From assembly GCF_006345805.1 (NCBI RefSeq), contig NC_043000.1:97712001-97776000 (forward strand): DNA of 64,000 nt. Direction: 5' to 3'. A program made the position numbers and the translations under genes. Below, in pieces: positions 14,885 to 28,526 of this stretch. The notes under the pieces were generated by a model that saw only the letters and a list, made by a program, of their open reading frames with translations, did not search any database and was not told where the DNA came from. The number at the start of each line of letters is the position of its first letter. The first letter of the stretch is position 1. This DNA is from Octopus sinensis (taxonomy: Eukaryota).

Positions 14885-15767
14885 TGAGGGGATACCCAAA
14901 AGTAACCAGAAACATTCTCTGTGGGACAAGCCTGTTGTAGTTCTGGAAGTCACTTCAGGCATCAGTCTGCAAACCGGTACTCTCCACTAAGGTCATATGT
15001 GGTGTGTCTTTGTTTTGCAGTGCTTCTCTTCTGTCTCATTGATTTTTGTGATGGCTGAAATGAAGGAACAGTGTGCTTCCATGATCTGTTTTCTGCTGGG
15101 GAAAACAGCAGCTGAAACAGTTGTCATGCTTCAAACAGCTTACAAGACTGTGCTGTGAGCAAAACAGAAGCTTATGAGTGGTCTTCACAATGTAAGAATG
15201 GTCACTTGTTGCATGAGGATCAACCTTAGTCAGAGTGAGCGTTGACCTCCCGAACGAATGAAAACATTATGAAAATTCATGAACTGATCTTGGAGGACCG
15301 TCACCAAATAGTTGATAAACTTGTTGATATGACTGGTGTGTCCTGGGGCTCCTGCCAATGAATTTTGAGCAAGGAATTGTGAATGACGAGTAGCAGCAAA
15401 ATTTGTGCCTTGCTTGCTCACGGAAGATCAAAAACAGTCACAACTGAATGCATGTTGTGAACTGAAAGAACTATTCGGAAGTTGATCCAGACCTTATTTT
15501 CAAAGGTTATTGCTGATGATGAAAGCTGGTGCTTACAGAATTTGCAGATGTGGGAGAAGTGAAGAAAAAAAAAAAAAATCAATGGAGGTGTTAAAAGGCA
15601 TCACTTTGCAAGAGTTCCAGCACTGCTTCCAACAGTAGAAAATGCATCTGGACCAATGCATTGCTTTAAATGGAGAATACTTTGAAGGTGATAAAAGTGC
15701 AAACATATAAAACCAAAGAGAATAAAATAATATTGCAAAATTCCAGTTTCTTTTGGGTACTCCCTTG
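14885..15767 (+). mobile_element. Internally deleted, decayed mariner (DD34D-type) transposon with both TIRs
   Basis: TA|tgaggggatacccaaaagtaacc ... ccagtttcttttgggtactcccttg|TA. Interrupted transposase remnants FLLGKTAAETVVMLQTAYK, AAKFVPCLLTEDQK, VIADDESWC and QHCFQQ..MHLDQCIALNGEYFEGD. Confidence 0.88.
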
Positions 15768-15775
15768 TATGTATG

Positions 15776-15809
<34 letters not shown>

Positions 15810-15850
15810 TATATATATATATATATATATACATACACACACATACATAC
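15768..15850. repeat. Compound (TATG)n-(TA)n-(CA)n microsatellite at the mariner TA target site
   Basis: Directly visible. Confidence 0.95.
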
Positions 15851-18719
15851 TGATGAAAGATATTGTGTTGTGGTTTTTGTCTGAGAGGAAATCTATTTAT
15901 AAACGTCTTTAAAAGTATAACATGTCTGGCATTCTCATGGATCACTGCTGAGTCAATGTTTGTCTCACATGATGTATTTTTAACACAGCATAAAACATCA
16001 AAGAATATATATATTCGCAGTAACTAAGAGCCCAATTAATAGGTGTTAACACATAGTAAATCCAGAGAAGGAAAATTGCATGAATACATATATCCAGCTT
16101 GTACAGTTAAGAGCAATGAATATTTTGAATAAAAGGCAGAAAAATGTATGTTTCAAATAAATCACAATTACTTTCACCAACTGTTTAATTAGGGGTATCT
16201 ATCACATATATATAAATGTGTGTATGACTGTGTCAATTCATACTCCATATCTTTGCATGAAACTGAGTAAAAACAAGGAAATTTGTTGATATTTCTTAAT
16301 AATGAATCAAAAGTACAGGCCTTTCAAGGATGAGAAAAAAACCCCTTTACATGAAAAAACAAGAAAGGGTTAGTGACAGGATTGATATCCAGCAATAAAA
16401 TAAGTATTTGTGCAACCCATGCTAGCATGGTAAAAGTAATGATAAAAAAAGAATGAATTAATAAATGTTCCACATCATACAGCTTAATAATGAAAAAGTA
16501 TTAAGTTCCTTCAAATCATTTATTATTCTCAAACTAATTGAAACAGTGTAAAATTCGCTAGAAATGAATTCAGAAAAAAATCTCTGAAATACAGCAAAAT
16601 TATTAACATTCATAATTACACCGACGATCATTGTAGCTGAGTCAGAAAATACATTCACCATCACAATCAACAACTATGAACATCAGCTAATGAGGGAGTC
16701 TTTCACATTACTTTGTGACCTGCTAGAAGTCACAACTAAATGTTCCTCAAACCACACCCTAGTATTTTAGAGGGGCTGGAGGATACAGGAAAATGTGGTT
16801 ATGGGAGAACCATGCTTCGAATACCTTTAGTTGTAGGTATACACAATTAGGGCTGTCTTGGTGCTTAATAACAACAAACTGGGGGAGGGGGGCTATGAAA
16901 GAGCCTTTATTTGGTTGCTTGATCTACTAGAAATAACATGCCACTGTTTTAAAAAATTAGGAAGAACACACTGAATTATGTTATTAGAGATCAACTATGC
17001 TTGGAAAAGCTGGGATGTTATAGCTAAAATACTTTAGATCATAGAGCTAATTTGTCAAGGTTGACCAAGAGTAAAGCAACTGTCAATGGTGTACTAGTAA
17101 TGTAATATGGTCCCTTTTGTCAAGATTCTGAATACCATGCAAAGGTGGCAAGAAGTAAGAAGAATCTGGTGGACAGACATTGGTTCCTGGATTTTCAGAC
17201 TGAAAGACAGGAAATTCATTCAGTTAGTCCAACCTAGATGACAGCTTTTGATTTTCAATTTACACACTAGTTCACAGGATAATCACACTGGCCTTTTGAA
17301 TGTATGAATAAACATCCATATAGCACAAAATATCACACTGAAGCACACAGGCAGTTAGTACAGGTCAATTATGTCATAACAACAGGATTCAGGTAGAGAA
17401 AAGGTATATAGGAAGACATTGACAGATATTGCTGAAAATATTATGCCTGCTTGCAATAACATTTTTGTTGTGTGAAAATAAAGGTAGACAAAATAGCAAA
17501 AACAAGGCCTCTTGCCTGTCAGAAAAAAACCCATATTTGTCACCACATACAGAGATAATTCAAAGTATTTGGCACCGACTGACTTTGAAAAGATATAGTT
17601 CATAGAACAATATTTTTATTGTCATTTCTTCAGTGTATTTTATGCATTTTCACCAAGCTTCTCTCTCTCTCACTCAACAGCTGTCTGAGACAATACTTAA
17701 ACTTAATTCCTGGCCTACATATATAGAAAATGTTGAATTGAAATGCTTAGTGACAAAATTTATTTTAGCTGAATGCAAATTTATTTCCCATGAACAGGTA
17801 GTCTGACATTAATTTCACTATTTCCTTCTGTAAGAGACAAAGTCATCAGATACAAACTGAGAAATCCCATATAATTTTTCTTTAACACAGGTAATTGCTT
17901 TTCTTCTATCAGAGCTCAGCAGCTGTTTCTCTTTGAGCTAAAAATTTGTTAAAAGGCTAACAGAGAGCAAACTCAAATTTTTACTGAAGCAATAGGAGAT
18001 AACACATATATATATATATAAAAAATGCTTAGTTTTAAGTCTAAGTGAAATATAATTACTTGTGAAGACTGTGATAAAATGTTTTACATTGGCTGCAACA
18101 AACAACCTCCAAGCTCTCTCACCCCACCACTCCACCTCTTCATAGCGTAGTACAGGTTCTAGCTAACATCAGCTGAGATACTGAAAGGGGTAGGGGAGGG
18201 TAAGTTTTATGTCTATAATTATCTGTACTCAGCGCCCCCTTGACACACTAAAAAGTCAGTAACAGAACACTGCTTATAACTTAGCTAATTATTTAGGCCT
18301 TCTGTTACGGACATAGGTGGTGGTGGAGCATTTAGAAACTGTTAGGTTGGAAAATGAACATGAATTGATTAAAAGAGAAGAATCTGTCTCTCTCTCTCTC
18401 ACACACACATACTCTCTCTCAATATAATTTACTAAAAGTGTTAGTATTGGTAATATTGGAGGCACAGATAACTGAAATATTTATTTTCAAAAGTGGCATA
18501 TGAACACAAAACCATTTTTCAAAGGTAGGGTAGCCGTATAGTGGATTATATTGACCTTAGTACTCACAGGTACTTTATTTTATCAAAGTCTAGAAGGATG
18601 AAAAGCAAAGATGAGTGAGATTTGAAGTAAAAAAATTAAACAAAGTCACTAAATACAAAAAGGCATTATGCTCTACCCATTTTATGAAACAATTATCTAA
18701 ATTTCAAGAATAATAATCC

Positions 18720-18960
18720 TTTCTACAATAGGCACAAGGGCTGACATTTTGGGACAGGGGGTTAGTCAATTACATCACCCCACTCCTTATTCAATTGTTA
18801 CTTATTTTACTAACCCCAAAAAGATGAAAGGCAAAGTTGATCTCAGTGGAATTTGAACTCAGAATGTAAAACCGGAAGAAATGTTGCAAATCATTTTGTT
18901 TGGCATGTTAATGATCCATCTTGCTCACTGCCTTAAATTCAGGAATAATGAAATAAGATT
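18720..18960 (+). mobile_element. Second interspersed repeat family (ggcacaagg..gaaattttgggg..tagtcgattaca..gaaaggcaaagttga..atttgaactcaga), probably a SINE
   Basis: Similar copies at about 4015-4200, 4225-4410, 18505-18690, 29218-29560, 39235-39365, 44760-45150 and 55615-55760. Confidence 0.6.
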
Positions 18961-19370
18961 CCATATCAATTTTAATTCTAAACCTCTCAGCTGGCACAGA
19001 ACCACTTCTCTCAGTATAACTCCATCTCTGATTTATTTGACAACCCCACTAGTGTTAGGGCCATGTAAAAAGCACCTATACTGGTGCCACATAAAAAACA
19101 CCCAGTACACTCTGTAAAGTGGTTGGCATTAGGAAAAGCATTCAGCAGTAGAAACCATGCCAAAGCAGACAATGTTGCCTGGTGCAGTTCTCTGGCTTGC
19201 TAGCTCCTGTCAAACCATCCAACCCACACAAGCATAGAAGACAGACATTAAATGATGATTTTTCATGTTTGAGACACACTATTTCTATGTTAGTAATAGG
19301 TAAGATACTTGGGTGTTTTAAATGTTACTTTGTAACCATTGGAGATATACACCAGCCTACACACACACAC

Positions 19371-20762
19371 ACCATATAAACTTGTGTAAAAGTCAAATTT
19401 TTTAGACCATATTTTAAGGTCAAATTTTTTAGACCATTTCTTAAGGTCAAATTTATGGGGTCGACTATTACATAGATACTACTTTTGAGGGGCTGAAATT
19501 TAAGCTAGAATCCAAAGTACTGTGTCAGCAGTAGAAGCCCAACTGATGTCTAAGCAAATAAAAACAAAAGCAATGAATTATAGTAATATTACCAATTCTA
19601 TGCATCAAAATACATGTCTTAGTAAATAACAAAACCCATAAACAAGACCATATAACTCTTATAAATATTTACATGTTCTCTTTTATTTGTATCCATCAAA
19701 CTTAATAGACTAGCTGGGTGAAATCAATTTATATCTCATAATTATGTTATATTACCACCGGTAACATATCTACCTAGTATTGGCATGCAACTACCTACCG
19801 TAATACAGTACATACAGCTGATAACTACTCGGCAAGTTTCAAAAAACATTGCAGGATATCATGTGCAGTTACCAGTAAATGTCCATAATATGGTGTAGAG
19901 TTGTTAATCTGGAGCAGGGATTCCCAAACATGGAAAACCTCAGGGTTCCCTGAAAGTTATCAGAGGTTCCACATTTAAAAAAATAATGTTGAAGGATTCT
20001 GTGGCAAAAAAAAGTTTGGGAATCACTGATCTAGCGATGAACTAAATATTTTTAGGCTTACTGAAATCACGCTTCTGTATGAATTCATACAATGGTGTTT
20101 GCTGTTGTTCGCCAATAGTGCTGTCTGTGAAGCATGTTCCTCACCATGTAAACAGTTGAGCATATGACACATGTGTTTATTGTATTTGTAGATGAGGAAA
20201 ATATAAAGGCTGCATGGGAACCACTGATCTAGCGATTACTTGAATGTTTTTAGGCTAATCAAAGTCATGCCTTTGTACGAATTCAGACAGTGGTGTTTGC
20301 TAATGTTCGCCAATAGGACTGTCTTTGAAACATTTCTCACCATGCAGACAAGTGTATGATGCATGTGTTTATTGTGCTTGAAGATGTATGCAGGCTTGCA
20401 GCATATCTTGTGCATACATTTTAGTAATGGTGATGTAGCACCCATCAACAGATGTGTAGAGCTCATCAACAGATGTGTTAAATGGTGTCTTACTGTAAAC
20501 ACTGAGCATGCCATTATAAGCACCAGGCATTCCACCTATAGAGCTGGCTACAGTAAGGTAGTCACACAATTTTGTAACGGTGTTATTTCTACATACAGGA
20601 GAATATGTTACCTTGACTCACCAATGTTGTCATGTTGTTCATGAAATACTAGGGTTGGTTTTTATACAGGGTCTATGGAAAATTCGCAAATTTTTGGCTC
20701 AAAATGGGGCAGGGGTGTCGACTTTTACATGAGATCAACTATTACTCGAGTATATATGGTAT
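19371..20762. mobile_element. Decayed pogo/Tc2-like DNA element with nested insertions
   Basis: Left end accatataaacttgtgtaaaagtcaa. Right end reverse-complements to taccatatatactcgagtaatag, resembling CCGTATATACTCG-type TIRs with CpG decay. Subterminal gtcgac motifs at both ends. Confidence 0.45.
19915..20028. mobile_element. hAT-type MITE
   Basis: TIRs cagggattcccaaac / gtttgggaatcactg, flanked by a degenerate 8-bp TSD atctggag / atctagcg. Confidence 0.6.
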
Positions 20763-21577
20763 ATATAAAATGGATGAGAACATGCTAGTATAAGCACAAA
20801 TTAGATGTATACTGGATTAGTGCTCAGATACATCAAGATTCTTAAAATCCAACACCTTAATCTGAGTATAAAATAGTCCAGAGGAACAAAAGTTGGTTTT
20901 AGGAAATATACAGCTTGAGTAATAATGTGTGTGTCTTCCATGCTTGGATGGGAATTGATTATGAAACAGGATTTTACAGCCTGCTTATCAAGAAAAAAAA
21001 TGTATGTTATTCCACAGGATTTCAAAAGTGTTGAGTGATCAATCAACATAAACAAGGAACTATAAACATAACAACAGTTTTACTGAAACTGTTGCAATGC
21101 ATCAGTGACAAGTGAAATATCACCATTTGCACACACAAGCACCCAGTGTGTGTGTGTGTGAATTTGCTACAGTTATTGCATAACAAAGAAATTTTTTAGC
21201 ATGGGGCTATAGTAGAAGACTGAACTTCTTAACTGCATAGTGTATGTGTGTGTGCCAGCATGTAAAGTGGATGTTAAATGATGATGTATATATATATACA
21301 TATATCGATAATCATTTAATGGCCACCTTTCCATGCTTGCATGGGTCAGGCGAAATTTGTTGAGACAGATTTTCTATGGTTAGATACCCTTTCTGTCACC
21401 AACCCTCATTTGTTTCCAAGTGAGGTAATATTTTGCCATGACTAAAGATGTCTCAGAAAATAGGAAACGTGGGACACTGCTTGCATGAGAGTGAAATTCA
21501 CAACTATCATGAGAAGTCAAAGCAAGGAAACTGTATGTACACAAACATACATACAAAGAAATGTGTGCATGTGTGTG

Positions 21578-21730
21578 ACAGGCTTCTTTCAGTTTCTGTC
21601 TACCAAATTCACTCACAAGGCTTTGATTGGCCTGGGGTTGTAGTAGAAGACACTTTCCCAAGGTATCACACAGTGGGACTGAATCCACACCCATGTGGTT
21701 GAGAAGCAGACATTTTACTACACAGCAACT
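21578..21730 (-). mobile_element. tRNA-derived SINE head
   Basis: gacaggcttctttcagtttctgtctaccaaattcactcacaagg...cagtgggactgaatcc is the reverse complement of the family head. Confidence 0.8.
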
Positions 21731-22025
21731 TTGCGTGTGTATATATTTATATATATATATGCACACATGTATGTGTATTCTAGGATTTGTATTATTGGTT
21801 TCTTACATCAGCATATCTTAAATGTATATAGAAAGAAGAAATGAGGATCAGATCTAGTACGTGATGGTGATGATGATGCCTTTAGCTACAAAAGTGAACT
21901 GATTCAGTTGTGCAGTCAGCAAGTTTGCTATCAAAACCAAATCATAGACTAAAGTCACTGAGAACTTATTTCTAAGTCTCAGCCTAACAACACTGGGAAA
22001 TAATAAATAAATAAATGAAACTTAC

Positions 22026-22150
22026 AGTGCCATGGAATGTTATGGAATTAGTGCTGCCTTCTAAATCAATCTGCGTGATTCGTGTAAGCGTGATCAGCTC
22101 TTGTTGTAAACGTTCCATTATTCCACTGTCAAAAAAATCTCCGGTTCTTA
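22026..22150 (-). CDS. AEBP2: AEBP2 internal exon (125 nt): (V)RTGDFFDSGIMERLQQELITLTRITQIDLEGSTNSITFHGT
   Basis: Acceptor cattcatttcag|TA and donor ACT|gtaag. G+TA completes Val with the previous exon. DFFD and TFH-x-T match AEBP2 DDFFD...VVFHST. Not present in the ORF track in this frame. Confidence 0.93.
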
Positions 22151-22945
22151 CTGAAATGAATGGAGTAGAAAAGAGGATAGGAAATAGAGAAGTGGAAAAA
22201 CAAGAATAAAAGTAATGAAAGATAACATTTTAATTAAGAAACTCTAATGATCATATTTGGTGGAGTACTGCAATTGAGATTTCTCACTAGTTATGTCTTC
22301 ATATTCTGATGAGGTAAAAAAAAAAAAAAGGCAAAAATAAAGAAATATGATTAAATAAATTTTTTTTTAAAAATGCAAGTCAAATTTTTCATAGAAAGAA
22401 GGCAATGTTGCAATAAATAAATAAATGAGTTAAAAAAAAAGGGGAGCGGGGTAAATTGGAAGACATTGCTGCAGGAATATAGGGGATCTACTTTGAACAA
22501 ATCTTAGAGATCCAGTCTTCAAGTAACAAGAGAGTGATAATAATCAGGTTGTTGTTGTTTAGCCCCAAGTCAACTCTGATTGAATAAGCCAAAGGTATTT
22601 CAGTCATAAACACCCACCATTTGTTTTTCTCCCACAGTATGTCTATGACTACGTTTTAGTGGTTGCTAACCAGAGGCAATAGACCAGAACTGAGCTGTGG
22701 ATCATTTGCTAACAGGCTATACAAAAAGAAAAGATTTTAAAATTTTATTTGTAGTTTATTGATTATTGCAGCCTGCAGAGTGTTTTTGCATAATGTCTGT
22801 AATAATTAAATTATATATTATGCACTTTGTGTTTTGTTACTAATATGTTCCCTCAGTCTATGGAAAAATTGTGTTGCATGAAACTGATCCACAATGCAAA
22901 AAAGGTTGGGGGCTGGTGCATTATATAACAACTCTTTGTTTCTCA

Positions 22946-23920
22946 ATGGCTGTGTGGTTAAGAAGCTTGCTTTGCAAACACAAAGTTTCATGTTCAGTCC
23001 CAGGGCAGCACCTAGGGCAACTATCACTTTCTATAGCCCAAGTCTGACCATTGCCTTGTGAGTGAATTTGGTGGATGGAAAATGTGTGGAAGCCGGTCAT
23101 ACATACATATATATATATATATCATCATCATTATCGTTTAATGTCCACTTTCCATGCTGGCATAGGTTGGATGGTTTGACAGGTCACTGGCAAGCCAGGA
23201 GGCTGCACCAGTCTCCAATCTGATCTAGCAAGGTTTCTACAGCTGGATGTCCTTCCTAACACCAACCACTCCAAGAATGTAGTGGGTGCTTTTTACATGC
23301 CAACAGCACGGGAGCCAGTCAGGTAACACTGGCATTGGTCATGTTCGGATGGTGCTCTTCACAAACTACCGGCACAGGAGCCAGTCAGGGCGGGGGCTGG
23401 CATTGACCATGTTCAGATGGTGCTTTTTATGTGCCATGGGCACAGGGAGCCAGTCAGATGGCACTAGCAACGACCTATGCAGGAATGGTAGTATTCTTTA
23501 ACAAAAATAATAGTGACAGTGACTTTGAAGTTTTAGACCAGCTAGGCCACCATTGGAATTAATGTCAGTATCCTAGTTAAAGAATAATAAATTTTATTCA
23601 ACCAAAAATACTGAATAATCCTTCAGTTTAATGTAAAATTGTTCTTTATTATAAAATAAAAACAAATATTAATTATATATATATATATATATATAAACAC
23701 ACGTGTGTGTGTGTGTGCACACGCGCATGCACACATGCATATGTCTGTGTTTGTCCTTCCAGTGCTGATGTGTTTACTTCCCTGTAACTTAGCAGTTCAG
23801 CAAAGAAGATTTGGCAGAATAAGCACATACTTGTAAATTAAGTACTAGGGTCAATTTGTTTGGCTAAATTTTTCAAGGTGGTGCTCCAGCTTGGCTGTAC
23901 TCCAATGAGAAAAACAAGTA
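22946..23920 (+). mobile_element. tRNA-derived SINE interrupted by an antisense RTE-tail fragment (about 23121-23500)
   Basis: Head at 22946-23100, then (TA)n, then catcatcattatcgtttaatgtcc..., and the SINE 3' half at about 23740-23920. Confidence 0.65.
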
Positions 23921-25800
23921 AAAGATAGGAGGATGACAGAACTTGTTAACAAGAATAGCAATTTTTAACATGGACACAGTGTCACACATTTCAGGAAAAG
24001 TGAGTAGGTAAGGGGCTTGACAACTACTTATTTCAATGATTTCTGAAGTCAACCGTTGCTAGATTTCAACTCAGAATAGAAAATTAATTAGATACAGTCA
24101 AGGACTCTGTGGTACAATCTACTGATTCTGCCACAGAACACATAAGTTCTTGACAATTGAAAATTCAATTGCTCTTGTTGAATGACTGATTCTAAGAATC
24201 ATTGTTAACAAAATGAGAATATGAAAGAAATGTCAGCTCGATTCCATTGATGAGTTGATTATTATTTAGTTCGCTAATTGGAATAATTACCTCCAATTCT
24301 AAATAATAGGTACTCAACATTTCTATATGCCAAATAGCAAGGTAAAGCTAGTGCAAAACTAATCTACAACTAACATCCAACTACTACTACTACACACACA
24401 CAGAAAGAGAGGAATGTATGCATGCAAACTACTGAATGGGTGTATGTCCTTACAGATGAGTGAGAGTATATTAATGCAAATGTATTCATAACATCCAATA
24501 AAAATGCATGTATGAACATGTGTACAACTGTATTTGTTATGTAGTATATATATACACATGTATAAATGTCAATCTACGCACACATGTACACTCAGATGTA
24601 TATATGTTGGGTTTGTACCATTGTTATGTTACACCAGTCTAAAGATCAAGACTGTTTACGCAGAGTCTCTTCATGTCTTGGAACTTAATGGTTCAACAAG
24701 CAGAGATCAATAAAAACAGGTAGCAAACTGAAATATGTACTGGGGCCAATATGATTAAAACCCTTGAAAGTTGTACTCCAGTGAAGTTAAAAAGCCAATA
24801 AATCACTCCAGTGAAAGAATACGTATAGACATATGTAACACAAAAACCTCCATGCAAATGTATAAATTCTTAGAAATAGCAGTCAAAATAATTCTCAAGG
24901 ACACGCATCATAGAGATACAGAATGGACTAAACAGAATAGGAGGAAACATGGATGGAAGAGTTGCTGAAGAGGTCACAGATGTGTGATGAAAATTCTCTA
25001 GACAATGGACATAAGACAAAATAAGAACAATAAACGAGTGAAGAATGAATATATAGTGCATGTGTTATTTGACAAAAAATATGTTTCAATACACAAATTC
25101 TCATCAGGAATCTTGCAAAACAAATCCATAATTGTAAAATCATTTGATAATATCTTCCTAGATGTAACCCATATTATTACCATTACCACAATGTATCCGT
25201 CTCTTCTTCACACAAACTCTTGTCTTTACTCTTCCCCCACTCCCTTTCCTGTCTCTTCTATTCTGGCTCCAACACTATTCCCTCTATTATTCTCTCAATT
25301 ACCATCTACTCATGATAATTCTTGGATGCTCTCTTATGCTTTACAATCTACAAAGTAATCTCAATAGTGCTGGTACCACAAAAAGCACCCAGTGCAATTA
25401 AGTGTTTAGTAACTGATCTGAAAAGTGACAATACAGGGCTTGTGAGGCTTTTCTTTTAAACTTGCTACTGGTATCACAAAATGCACTCAGTATACACTGT
25501 AAAGAGGTTGGTGTTAGGAAGGGCATCCAACTAGAGAAACTCTGCCAAAAATGAGACACTGGTCAAAGAGGTGATCATCCAACTTGCTGAATATTGTTGA
25601 ACTATCCTACTTATTGTCAACATGGAAAGGAGATTATGATGATGATGAGGAGGAGGAGGATACACTATGAGCAGATGACTTAAGAGAATTTGGTAATGGT
25701 TGGAGACAGATCTTAGATCTACTTGGAATGTACTGGCTTGGACTATACAATATAAATAAAACAAGGGCTATATTTGATGATGTAGTCTTATACACACCAT

Positions 25801-25802
<2 letters not shown>

Positions 25803-25862
<60 letters not shown>

Positions 25863-25863
25863 G
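25803..25863. repeat. (GT)n-(GA)n microsatellite
   Basis: Directly visible. Confidence 0.95.
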
Positions 25864-26693
25864 GTGTCCATAGTTGGAACAAGAATGCTTTCGATCATAG
25901 GTTGTGTTTGTGATTTATGATCAGGTCCAACCTGGAGCCAAACGCCAGCACCTTTAAGTATTTATATAAAACTATATATAAAAAAAGGGAAAAAGTTAAA
26001 CTAAGAAATGTTATTAGAGTCAGGTAAATTATACCATTTTACTGTGAACAGAATAGACAAATAACAAGCTTGCAGCTGGATTAATAGAACTGAGTTAAAA
26101 TTAACATTTAAAAGGCTATTTTTGTGGTAGCTATTTATTTTACAAATACCAACAAATACTAATGCATTTCTCTCAACATGGAATATGTTGAAAAAGAAAT
26201 AAAAAACAAAACCTACAGCAAAACAAAAAGAAATGTAATTGTTACATCTACTAAGAGCATATAAATCTACAAATGAAAAATCAAAGAAAAACATAAACAT
26301 GTACCATTTCATGAGTTTAAATCATTAACTTGTTATATTGAAGAAAAAAGAAAAAGAAAGAATATATATTGTTAGAGATCATCAGCTGCATTTTAATTAA
26401 TTTCATGAAAGTCATTTGTTGGGTTGTAAATAATAACAGTAGTAACAACAACAGCAGCATTACTAAAAGCAAGAAATGAAACACTGATTCACCTATTGTG
26501 AATTCAGGGTAGAAAATAAATTAATTAAAAATAAATAAATACGTAAAAATTGTTATTTTTTTTGTATTATGTAATGTAGCCATTTAAAATTTTTCAGTGT
26601 AATCAAATACAGATTTGCAGTATGATTTACAGATGCCACAGGATTTCAACAAGTTAATTCAGAAGAGGGGAGGAAGAAGACTAGAGATTCATT

Positions 26694-27837
26694 CAGCCAA
26701 ACAGATATACTTTAATAGCAAAACACTAAACAATGCTGCTTCTCTCCTCACACAGTTACACATAAAACATACCCCCCCCCCCACACACACAAACATATAC
26801 AAACCCATACACACACCCATTCATGCACATGCCATCTGATCATTACGAGAGAAATTCAAATAATTAGATGCAAAGTGCCTGCTGTCATAAGCATAACTCC
26901 CATCTCTTGCCATTGAATATGGTTTGAACTTTTCACCTGTACCTATGTACACTACACACATACACATATTACACTCACATACCACACGTGCAACTATTTT
27001 TGATATGTTCCTCATTAATAATTAATTCTAAAAATAGAAATATATGCAAAATCACGATGACAAAAAATGCAAATTCAGTCTGAAAGATTACCAGAGACCT
27101 GAACACACAAGTGGCAGTTGCTTTTTAATGATATGATGTAAGTTGAAGAATCTTTGGCTGCTATTTGTAGCAAGTGACTATGCCTATCCAACGATTAAAT
27201 CGTTTTTTGCTTTTTAAATTTCAGAACATGAACATGCTATTCCAAACGCTACAGTCGATTATTTCATTTGACCATTATACAGAAAACAATATACAATGTA
27301 ATTACACTCAGTTCCAAAAACAGAGAAGAAAAATTGGAATTTTGGGATGAACTTTTTACAAATTATACTTCATTGGCATCTACTTACAATTTGATGTCTG
27401 TCTAGCTGTCTGCATTTATATACATGCAGTACAGAGCAGGCATGGACCATAGCCACAGCATTGTGAATGAAACTGGGTAAACAGAAACTATATGAAAACT
27501 CAATGAATTTGTGGTATGTGAGTGTAATATGTGTATGTGTGTAGTGTACATAGGTACAGGTGAACAGTTCAAACCATATTCAATACCAAGAGATTGGAGT
27601 TATGCTTATGATAGCAGGCACCTTGCATCTAATTATCTGAATTTCACTCCTGATCATCAGACTGCATGTGCATGTGATGCATATATATTTATATGTGTAT
27701 ATGAGCATAAATGGATGTGTGTCTATGTATGGGTATGTATATATGTGTGTGGGTCTGTTTATGTTTTATGTGTAACTGTGTGAGGAGAGAAGCAATGCTG
27801 TTTAGTGCTTTGCTATTAAAGTATATCTGTGTGGCTG
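26694..27837. repeat. Long inverted repeat pair (arms about 26694-26986 and 27510-27837, spacer about 520 bp)
   Basis: The left arm (acagatatactttaatagca...tttgaacttttcacctgtacctatgtacactacacacatacacatattacactcacataccaca) is reverse-complementary to the right arm. The near-identical track ORFs 26821..27015(-) and 27511..27783(+) reflect this. Confidence 0.9.
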
Positions 27838-27879
27838 TAATTCAAAGGGCCAATTCAACCATAATGCAGTTACTGATGC

Positions 27880-28107
27880 TTAACTCTTTAGCATTCAAAC
27901 CAGCCATACTAGGCACCAAAATTCTACCTGTTTTGTGTTGAAACTGACTAGGTTAAGCCTTTACCACCTACCCTACAATGTCATTCATAAAGGAAACAAA
28001 TGCATCATCAAAATCTCAAAGCCACAAAATAATGTACGATTAATTGAAATCAATGAGAATAAATAAGCATTGTATAAGACGGAGTAATCTGAATGCTAAA
28101 GGGTTAA
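27880..28107. mobile_element. TTAA-flanked MITE (piggyBac/Kolobok-like ends)
   Basis: ttaactctttagcattcaaacc ... ctgaatgctaaagggttaa. Further copies at about 31898-32068, 38595-38821, 46670-46870, 46910-47080 and 59620-59730. Confidence 0.75.
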
Positions 28108-28526
28108 TTCAATGAATATGCAGCTCAGTTGATTGAACAACTAATATTAATCAACAATAACAGACGATAGAGTCACTTTCCATTCAGATGAGCAACCACC
28201 TTATCCATGATCACCTGCATACAAAGTATTCTAGTGATAAGTATACACTGGTAAATAGTGCTGCTTTAAGATGGTGAATGAAATTCAAATGAAATCACAG
28301 GCAATATTCAGGAACATGATTTCTGTGGTGCTTTTGAGACATGAAAGACATACTGAGACGGCAGTGTGCTTTCTCAAGGGGAACTATTTCAAAAGGAATG
28401 GTGCTCAAATATAAATAACATCTGAAATACATTATTTACTGGTGTATTTTTTTGTTTGTTTAAAATCTGGTCCAGGAATTTTCTTATACACCTAGCAAGT
28501 AGTGTACATTTGAAACCAAATGAAAT

